Source of the DNA: Azolla caroliniana | Taxonomy: Eukaryota > Plantae > Polypodiophyta | NCBI GenBank assembly: GCA_043228905.1 | Contig: JBHGNT010000014.1 | Location: 13,144,001-13,208,000 of the forward strand | Reading direction: 5' to 3' | DNA length: 64,000 bases | Part shown: one piece after another, positions 50,918 through 60,245 of the stretch | How positions within the stretch are numbered: position 1 is the stretch's first letter | Layout: the number at the start of each line of letters is the position of its first letter | Notes under the pieces: model-generated | The model's input: the letters and a program-made list of their open reading frames with translations, nothing else | Told to the model about the DNA's origin: nothing | Database searches by the model: none | Position numbers and translations under genes: made by a program

Positions 50918-51970
50918 TTATAAATTACCATTGGAAATGTCTACAAATCTCCTATAAACAACTAAGCTCTTGCTAGTCAGTGGAACGAGTCTACATATAT
51001 TATCCGCATATTGAGCTCGGTATGGAGTCCACAACCATGCACCTAGTTGGCAGCTCACTGTTTGCACCAGGTACTGTTCAGGCATTTCCTCGGGTAGAAT
51101 GAGACAGCATCTCCGAATATTGAAGTAGTGTCGGAAATGTTCTGTATCCAAAATCAATGTATTGTCAGCATTATATTCAGGCCAAGTAGCCCAAAAATCA
51201 GAAAGTCTCTTGAATCTTGCAGCTTCCATCTGCTCACAATTTTCTCGTGCCCATTGACCTTTAAAACGACTTCGCCATTTTGGGAAGAATCTTGCCAAAC
51301 ACTTCCACACATCTGATTTTGGTTTTTCACTCCAAATAAACAAATCAAAGTACTCCACAGCCCACTCTAGAAACTGATTTGCGTCCCTCCTTGGCTGCAT
51401 ATATCTCACACTCATCAAGACTTTATCCAGCTCCAAGATCAAGGCTCTTCTTTCGACTTCTAGTGGTTTAGGTTTCCATTCCTGAAACTGAGCCGCTGTT
51501 ACACCATTTTCTGGTAGGATACGATCAATCTCAATCAGCTCAGGTTCGGCTGACACAACTGGTGTCCTTTTCCTCTTTAAACCCCTAGTCGACTGTGTTG
51601 GGCCTAGCTTCACATTCTGGTGCTCTTGTTTTGTCGACTTAGTTATCAATCCTTGGATTACCTCAGTGCATGTAGCTACTGTTCTGCTCGATATCAGTCC
51701 ACTGGTATCACATGCTGCATCTACCTGCAACACCAAGTCATCCGTGCTACATGCTTGATCAACTTGTGTGACCAGATCACTTGTGTCAGTTGCTACATCT
51801 ACTTTCAAGATGGGGCCCTTTAAACATGCCGCAACATCAACAGTATCCACACTGCCATTGGCCTTACGAGCAATAGAATCAAACCCTTTAGACTTTGCAA
51901 CATCAGAAAACACCAACATATTCACACTCACAAAGTAACTAATAGTCTCACAAAACAATATCCTGAACAT
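50918..51970 (-). CDS. FCP1/NIF (HAD-family CTD-phosphatase-like) domain protein with degenerate catalytic motif; transposon cargo, 5' structure uncertain
   Basis: RRALILELDKVL (cf. LVLDLDETL), RRDANQFLEWAVEYFDLFIWS, FKRLSDFW..YNADNTLILDT (cf. NTLLIDDS); basic NLS-like LKRKR. Confidence 0.7.
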   Translation of the reverse strand: MFRILFCETISYFVSVNMLVFSDVAKSKGFDSIARKANGSVDTVDVAACLKGPILKVDVATDTSDLVTQVDQACSTDDLVLQVDAACDTSGLISSRTVATCTEVIQGLITKSTKQEHQNVKLGPTQSTRGLKRKRTPVVSAEPELIEIDRILPENGVTAAQFQEWKPKPLEVERRALILELDKVLMSVRYMQPRRDANQFLEWAVEYFDLFIWSEKPKSDVWKCLARFFPKWRSRFKGQWARENCEQMEAARFKRLSDFWATWPEYNADNTLILDTEHFRHYFNIRRCCLILPEEMPEQYLVQTVSCQLGAWLWTPYRAQYADNICRLVPLTSKSLVVYRRFVDISNGNL

Positions 51971-52143
51971 CAAAGAGTTTCAGTCATAGAACAACACTCT
52001 TCAAATTATCTTGGAAAAACATCATAGAGTTCCATTACATAATGTGGATCAAGCAACAACCAATCTGAGGTTTTACTTGTCCAACAGGATAGTAAAACTT
52101 CATAAAACCCTAGCAAAATCCCTAAGCTAACAATCATATCCAA

Positions 52144-55100
52144 CTAAACAGTATTTCGCTCCACTACGTCTGGGCCCCTTGACCGAGTAACTGGTCTTGT
52201 TCCCGATCGTGGCCCCTTCTTCAGCCTTTTTCTGGTTGGTTCCCCATTTAGCCTTGCTTCTAGGACCCAATGCGCAAGTGTGTCCTCCTCCGACAACCTT
52301 CCCATCGCCTCAGCAGCTAATTGCACATCAACCGTTTCTTGAACTAGCTTTTCAAGTACAGAGGGATCTGTTTGGACATTTTCAGTAGTTGGGCTCGGTG
52401 GGGTGGAATCAAGGTCTTGAGACTCGAAGAAATGTTGCATCAAGTGTTCATAAACACTGTTGTTGTGAACCTCAGTTTTACATGTTGTTTCCACTATTTC
52501 ATGGCATTTCACATCGTTGCCTAATTCAGTACACTGTTCCAAAAGAATAGGGTGCAGCTGATCTGAAGGAGATGTGATAGCAGGACTCTTACTTTCAGCC
52601 ACATTGGCAGTAGTATCCTCATCTGTTGCAGCATCATCAACACCAGACACATCATGTGCCGTCCTTAATCCACAAGATTCTACAATAACATGACAGTTAT
52701 TTAGGATAGCTAATTAGCTACTTTACTAAACTATGGTAGAAGCTAGGATAGCTAATTAGCTAGTACGATAGCTAATTAGCTAGTATGATAGCTAATTAGG
52801 TACTTTACTCAACTATGGTAGTAGTTAGGATAGCTAATTAGGTACTTTACTCAACTATGGTAGTAGTTAGGATAGCTTATTAGCTACTAGGACAGCTAAT
52901 TAGCTGCCAGTAGCTAATTAGCTGCCAGTAGCTAATTAGCTGCCAGTAGCTAATTAGCTACTAGGATAGCTAATTAGCTGCCATTAGCTAATTAGCTACT
53001 AGGATAGCTTATTAGCTACTTTACACAACTATGTCAGTAGCTAATTAGCTACTATGATAGCTAATTAGCTAGTAGGATAGCTAATTAGTTGCAAGTAGCT
53101 AATTAGCTAGTAGGATAGCTAATTAGCTATTTTACACAACTATGCTACTAGCTAATTAGCTAGTACCATAGCTAACTAGCTACTAGGATAGCTTATTAGC
53201 TACTTTACACAACTATGTCAGTAGCTAATTAGCTCCTATGATAGCTAATTAGCTAGTAGGATAGCTAATTAGCTAGTAGGATAGCTAATTAGTTGCCAGT
53301 AGCTAATTAGCTAGTAGGATAGCTAATTAGCTTTTTTACACAACTATGGTACTAGCTAATTAGCTAGTACCATAGCTAACTAGCTACTAGGATAGCTTAT
53401 TAGCTACTTTACACAACTATGGCAGTAGCTAATTAGTTACTAGGATAGCTAATTAGTTGCCAGTGGCTAATTAGCTAGTAGGATAGCTATTTAGCTTTTT
53501 TACACAACTATGGTACTAGCTAATTAGCTAGTACCATAGCTAATTAGCTACTAGGATAGCTAATTAGCTAGTAGCTCATTAGCTGCCAGTAGCTAATTAG
53601 CTAGTAGGATAGCTAATTAGAAAAGACTAAGCTTATTAGCTACAGTATGGTATACCTGTTTGTTTTCTCCACTCATTTGGTAGAGTTGTACTGCAATCTC
53701 CCAAACAGAATGCAGCAATTCGACAGGCATGTTGAAAACAAAGCAGATGGTATGTGTGGTTGCATGGTTGTAGGTGAACCAACAAAGACGCAGTTTTGTC
53801 CTCCACACCTAACCCGCAAGCGATGCAACGTGCTTGAACTGTCAATAAATCATTTTCTGGTTCTACTTCATTTGGTAAGGGAGCAAGAATGTTCAGGTCC
53901 AAATCTTGTCTGGTCCTTACCATTCCCTCCACAAAATGTAGCTTCTTCTTAAGGCAGCTAACTACCTGTTCTTGATGAATGTATTGTTCCTTCAACGCAA
54001 CAAAGAAATTTACCGATTAATTATTCTTGTTGTTGAAAGATACACCAACTTTGCTCAGGAATCGTTAACTTACTTGAAGCTTATCCAAATTGTAATCTGC
54101 AACAGTATTTACACCTAGAAGGTCCAGGTTCATTGAAAGAACCTGGATCTCTATTTGCAGTTCTATTTTACGCTGGGGATCCAGTGGCCCCTCTAATTCA
54201 AGCTCCTGTTGCGCAACCTATTCCAGATAATGCTTGATTAGCACATTTTACCCGTTATTTATAACACAATCACATACCAGCAAAACAATAGTTACCTGAA
54301 TCTTATTTCTAATTGTTGTAACAACAGAAGTAACTTTGCTCTCCATTGCAGAAGCCATTGTGGCTTTCTCTAAATCAGTCTTAAAAAATGCCAATGTCTC
54401 ACAGGCTTCATGGACATTTTTTAGCATATAGCTAACCAATGTCTCACCTGTATCATCGACATTGGCTTTCCTTGGGTGTCGGTGTGGTGTATGCCCCCGG
54501 TCTTGCTGGGAGTCGGCAGTTGCATCAACAACTGCCATGCTCCAAAATCTGTCTATTTTTTGTGCCAAGGTCCCCATCTTTCGGCATCTTTTTACCGATG
54601 CCTCACCATAGACTGCCCAAGCTACCCTATACATTTCAGGGTCTCTAGATTCCTTCGCTGTTTTGCAGTACTCATATGCAAATGCTCTAGCAAATGAAAC
54701 TGACAACTCATTGTTGACTGGGATCTCCTGATGAACTTTCTGGTGCAGTCTCATGCAGTCATCGTACAAGTCGGCTCGTACATGCTTCAGCTTGACCTTG
54801 CCTTTGACTCTAGGCACTGTATATACTGTCATCCAGTCTATATCACTGATCAATTTATCACTTAGGACAGCAGGGTCAACACCCTCGAGTGACAGACCAT
54901 AGGTGTTGTGGAAGTCCTCCTTTGTCTCGCAAAATTTTGCGAAGTTTAGCACTCTCGTATACGGAGGAACGAGCCATCTGAAATATCATTACAGAAATCA
55001 GAAATAGTGCAAAATCAGAATATGTGAGAATCAAAAACCCCAATCAACAACAACAAAAATGGTGCAAAATCTTTAACTTAGCAAATCAGAAACCCTAATC

Positions 55101-55322
55101 ATAATTTGTAATCAAATTTCTAATTTGTAATCAAAATTTGTAACCAGAAACCCTATTCAGAAATTCTAATCAGAAATTTATAATCAAAAACCCTAATCAG
55201 AAATTTCAATCACAAACCCTAATCAGAAATTTCAATCACAAACCCTAATCACTAAAGACAGGATTAAACACAAAAAAAGTAATATAAACACACCTGTTGC
55301 TACTCCCCGATTTGCGAGACAT
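52144..55322 (-). CDS. 5-exon cargo gene, 574 aa: unknown N-terminal domain, coiled coil, RING-H2-like finger, acidic tail (exons 55322-55294, 54977-54296, 54217-54074, 53989-53656, 52679-52144)
   Basis: All four GT-AG introns join in frame (1725 nt); RING-like CIAC..PCNHTYHLLC..CLGDC; basic C-terminal RKRLKK. Confidence 0.8.
52705..53620. repeat. Second intronic TAGCTAATTAGCTA palindrome array
   Basis: Several tens of copies confined to intron 53655-52680 of the cargo gene. Confidence 0.95.
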
Positions 55323-55776
55323 CCTTGTATGGGACTCCAAGGACTTCGCCCTATTCGATTTTGGGGAAATATGAATCGGCACCAAAGTTCAGACAGTAGT
55401 CAAAAAGAAAAAACAAATGTTTGGGGTTTCTGTAACTGAAACATACCTGGACGATGATCGAGCAGGTTCTGTGTTGTAGCTCTCAATCTGCAATGTCGAT
55501 TTTTTGCTGTTGCGGGAGCTACGTCTGCGTTCGTGCTCTGAGTACTCCATCTGCGTTCAAAATCAGACTTAGGCTAAACAGGAAATTGATGACATTGAAG
55601 TCGACCTTAGATGATGGTGATATTCCCCAAGTTCCACTACGTCTGAAACAGAAGTTCAAATATTTGAGTTTTTTCATAAATTAGTTTTTCAAATATTTGA
55701 TTTTCCCACAAGAAAGACTAGCTAAACAAATAGCTAATTAGCTATGGCCATTTTAGTAGCTAATTAGCTATAATAG

Positions 55777-55801
55777 TGTTTCCACTCGCATGCTTTTACC
55801 C
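55777..55801 (-). repeat. Right TIR
   Basis: TGTTTCCACTCGCATGCTTTTACCC followed by TSD CATA. Confidence 0.95.
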
Positions 55802-56402
55802 CATAAGTTTGGGTCGGGCGTTTCGGTTACATTCATGACCCCTTCTGGATTGATCGCTATCAATGGGTACAAGTTGGTGCCCACTTTCGATCTTCAGGCT
55901 TCCTCGGTTGATCCTCCATGTTGACTCATTGAGAGTCGTTTTGTACCCATTTTCGGCTGACGTGCCAATGGAGACTAGGCTCCTTTTTAATGTGGCTACA
56001 TGTTGGACTTGGTGCAGGACAATTTTGTTGCCATTTGACAATTGAATTGGTACTTCGCTTACTCCGACGATTTTGCACTCTTGCTCGTTGCCTAGTCAGA
56101 TTGTGTCGTCCGCTTTAGCCGAATAGTTCGAAAACCATTCGATGTTAGGGCTATGTAAAATGTGGCACCGGAGTCCAACAACCACGTGTGTGCATCTTGC
56201 GCACTATCGAGGACTTTCCGATCATTGATTCGTCCCGATCGGGTGTCGACAACATTGACTTGGTTGCTGACTGAAGATATTGGTTCACGTCGGATCGTCC
56301 TGGATTCCACTTGGATCGCCAACCATTCTCTTTTCTCTTTATCGACTAGTAGTCGGAAACATTGTAGCTTACTTTTCTCCAGAGGTTGCAAATATTGTCT
56401 GG

Positions 56403-56919
56403 TGTCACGGACACACCAAAGCTAGCCTATGACAAAGCACACATGACAAGGCTACAACCGATAAGGTTACGAACGTGGAACTCTATGTGATGAGGCTAGA
56501 AACTTGGGAATTTGGGAGCTATGAGATGAGGAACTTAAGACGCTTGGAACAATACAAGAGCATAAAGACAGAGATGTAAATCAAGGAGAGAAGATGGGGC
56601 TAAACAAGAATATTAGATTGATGTGTCAATGACTGGTGTTGAATCCCTCAAAAGGGACGAAGGAGGTTACAAGTGTTTATACTGTGAGTTGAAGTACATT
56701 AGAATATTCTTGAGAATATTTTGGAGAATATTCTAGAACCCTCTAGAACCTTCTAGTTCTAGAACTTTCTAAAAACTCCTAGAACGTGAATAGATAATCT
56801 ATAAAGATATACATAATACGATTATGTCCTTGGATATGTTGGTTACAACATAACACTTCACTATAATACAAGAGGTCAAGAGTTCAAATCTTGACATAAT
56901 TGTTGTCATGTCTGTGACA
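56403..56919. mobile_element. Solo LTR in the Copia gag
   Basis: TGTCAC...GTGACA, TSD TCTGG/CCTGG (4/5). Confidence 0.78.
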
Positions 56920-57501
56920 CCTGGTCGATTGGTTCTCGATTTTGACCATTGTCGGTCTCCCCTCATTTTCAATCAGCTATGGTGTTGACCAGTTCTATTG
57001 GCTTGTTCTTTCGATCGAATGGTGGGCTTCTACCGTTGATTTTCGCCAAATACCCTCAGTGAGGACTTGGCCGATCGTCTCATCTGGATCTAGGGTCAGA
57101 CGACTATTGGCGAATGTCGTGCAGAATACCTCCCAAATCGTCGGCAAACTCGCTTTAACTTCTTCTTCGAAGTTAATCCCTTTGGAGGAGACTTCAAACA
57201 ACCCTCGGTTGAAGGTGTTGATGTCGGAGGTGGTTGGACCAGTCTCTCTCATCTACATGTTGAATAGTTGTTTGATCAATATCAGTTTCGATGATGATGA
57301 CTTCTTCTCGTATACTGCTTGTAGCTTCTCCCATATTGAGAACATTGTTGTCTCTTTTGCCATGCTAAAGTAGACGTTTTCGGCTAGGTGCATCCGAATA
57401 GTGGAGCGAGCGATTTCATCTATTGATCTCCACTCGTTGACTAACGTTGAAGCATTCATTGTCCCAAATGGCTTCGACTCGTCTTCGAATGATCAATACG
57501 T

Positions 57502-58167
57502 TGTCGCGTTGTTACGCGCGTGCATGGAGAACGAGGCGGGACCACGGGGGCCTTGGACCGAGAAATAACTAAATGAGAAGAGGGGAAGGAAACTACCGAT
57601 GTACTTCACACGCGCATAGACACACAGGTTCACAGGAATTGCAACTAACTCTGAACAATGGAGACAGAACGAATGTATATGTATATATAGATCAAGGAGT
57701 TACAACCGGCAAGTCGGCGAGTCATAGGCTCCGACGCCTGCACACACACACGCACAAAACGCGAGATGGAGACTCTGTCGGAAGCACTCAGGCGTTCCAC
57801 GGAGCAGAGTCAGCCTCCCGAAAACCTGCACAGAACGACTATGGAGACGACAGAGGAGAAGAGGTCGATTCCAGTCCAACAACACTTCGTCCTCCACAAA
57901 ACGCGATACCTTTTACAATACCTCTCCCTCTCTTTTATAGCCCAAGGAGGGAGGCCATTACCACCCGTTACATCATGTTTATTCCCTGTCCTTTCGGACG
58001 GGGATACGCCTCTATTTTCTCCCTAATGAATGCATGCTACCTAGGATTTCACCTCAGCCAACTTGTACCTACCTACGTACTATACAACAAAACTTGTGGC
58101 CATGTGTAAGGGCCGGTTTACGCACGTTATACCCGGTTTCCGCCTAGGGACGGTTTTCTCCACGACA
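57502..58167. mobile_element. Solo LTR in the Copia gag
   Basis: TGTCGCG...CACGACA, 4-bp TSD ACGT/ACAT; removal restores gag M*DVLIIRR. Confidence 0.8.
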
Positions 58168-58669
58168 ACATCCTACATCATCTCCTTCTATAGAGCAAAG
58201 TTTTTTTCGTCGAACTTTCGGATCTCAACTCCTATACCGGATGTTGAAGCCATGTTCTTTATGGAAGTGTGATTCACTAACATGGTATTTTCTCTTTCAG
58301 CTTTTTTGTTCAGCAACAGGTCACTCTGATACCAGTTGTGCTGATATGGTGTTCTAATATGTGTGGAAGTATGTATGAAGACCTGTCTTGCTATACTCAA
58401 CAAACACCACAGAAAGAATGAAGACAAGAAGATGAAACAACAGATGGACACGCTCTTAAGCTTTAATGGAAACTCTCGTTATTTCTGTTCTCTCTCTCTA
58501 CAAAATTGTAGATACAAGAATGAAATCACTAGCAACACGTATTACAACATTAGGTTAGGGCTTATATACTCAAGCCCTACCTATTGGACGTGCTCACACT
58601 AGTAAGGATACAAAATGGAAGGAGTCAGCCTTTTATGCCATGACCGGAGGGACCTATTTTGCAACAAAC

Positions 58670-60190
58670 TCCCCCGACTCCGACATGCATCTATCCTGTT
58701 TGCATGTAGCACCTTCTTTGTTGTATGGATCTTCATCAGAGAAAACTTCTTTTCTTCTACTCGCTCTCAAAGCCAATGATATATCCTATGGATGTGCTTT
58801 CTCCTTGAGTGGTAGGTCGTATTCTTCACAAGGTGAATGACACTCTGGTTGTCACAGTAGAGTCAGAATTCATCTTGTTAAATACCCAACTCCTGATAAA
58901 CTCCTTCATCCTGATTATCTCCTTGTCGGCTTGTACTGCTGCCATGTACTCAACACGGCCTTCTGCAGCCTCGATTGCCACGAGTCATGACATACCTAGA
59001 CATGGATTGACTTAAATCTACATCAGCCGACATGTCCGAGTCGGTGAAACCTTCTAACATGGGATTTCCTTAGCCGAATCGGGAACATATGCTTGAGGTG
59101 CCTCTCTGGTACCGTAATATCCATTTCACCGCAACCCAATGCTCTTTTCCGAGATTGCTCATGAATCAGCTGACGACTCGGACTGCATATCCAATGTTCA
59201 GCCTAATACATATCATCAGGTACATTAGGCTTCGACTATTGGATAGGACACCTTCATCATCTCAGCTTTCTCTGTCTTCATCTTTGAACTTTGCATCTTG
59301 GATAGCTTACTGTTTGTTGGGAGTGTCAAACCGACCGGTTTCGCGTTTTCCATGCCGAACCTTTGTAGCACTTTCGTCACATTTTTTTCTTGTGATAGCC
59401 ACAATAACTTCTTTGTCTGGTCTTGGATTATGTGCATCCCCAAGATTTGGCTTATCAGACACATATCTTTCATCGAGAATGACCTGCTCAAGGCATTCTT
59501 CAACATTCAGATCTTCAGATGGTCTCGTCCGACAATCAACATGTTATCCACGTATAGCAAGAGAATGAGGAAATCTCCTCTGTCGACCTAAATTTTGTGG
59601 TAGCCTTGGTCGGAAATGAAGGATTCAAACTTCTAGTACCATTGCCAGGGAGCCTGCTTGAGTCCGTAAAGGCTCTTCCTCAACCGGCACACCAGGTTCT
59701 CCTTTCCCTTCTCGACGAATCCGTCCGATTGGTGCATGTAGATTCCTTCTTCTAGGTCTTCATGCAAAAAGGTTATCTTCACATCTAGTTGTTAGACTTC
59801 AAGGTCAATGCTGACCACTATGCTCAACATTTTGGAAATATTTTGGACATCATCTTCATAACCAGGGAAAATATTTCGCCTAAATCTACACTTTGGGGCC
59901 TTTTATGACAATTGGGGCTTTATATCTGGGTGGATTGCCACCAGCTCCTGGTTATAGCTTGTACACCGACTTATTTCGGAGTACCCTCTTTCCTCTTCGC
60001 AACTCCGTCAGTTCATGTGTGTGGTTCTCATGCAAGCAATCCATCTCATCCTGCATGGCACTTAATGATTGTCTGTTGTGGGCGACTTTCTTTGCTTTCT
60101 CTAAGCTTTCCAACTCTCCCTCCTCGGTTACCAACAGATATTCTTCATCCGGAAATTTGCGGGGGGGGCTTCTCTCTCTGTGAGGATATC
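58670..60190 (-). mobile_element. Degenerate Copia RT/RNase H remnant ending at the shared LTR 58337-58666
   Basis: [35 protein letters not shown]; reverse-complement PPT ACTCCCCC at 58668. Confidence 0.85.
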
Positions 60191-60245
60191 TTATTTTTCA
60201 GCTCACCATAAACGGTTCCCTCAACAAGCAAGGGGGAGGGCTAAC

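Larger units (their letters stand above)
45087..55801 (+). mobile_element. Complete Sola2-like DNA transposon (10,715 bp) with cargo genes
   Basis: 25-bp TIRs with 1 mismatch, 5'-GGG termini, 4-bp TSD CATA (45083-45086, 55802-55805), DDD transposase. Removing it restores the host Copia frame PDPNLWHG*LCHMSQ. Confidence 0.92.
43700..58666 (-). mobile_element. Degenerate Copia hosting the DNA transposon and two solo LTRs
   Basis: LTR 58337-58666, PBS 58323-58334, gag MASTSGIGVEIRKFDEKNFAL, protease WLLDSGATF (~56170), pre-integrase LWHG*LCHMS split at 45086/55802, integrase fragments 44300-45080. Left boundary approximate. Confidence 0.85.

Noticed and set aside
45101-55787. Shorter element with 11-bp GAGTGGAAACA TIRs (GAG termini)
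   Set aside because: The inverted match extends 14 bp further out, and only the 45087/55801 boundaries give a TSD and restore the host Copia frame.
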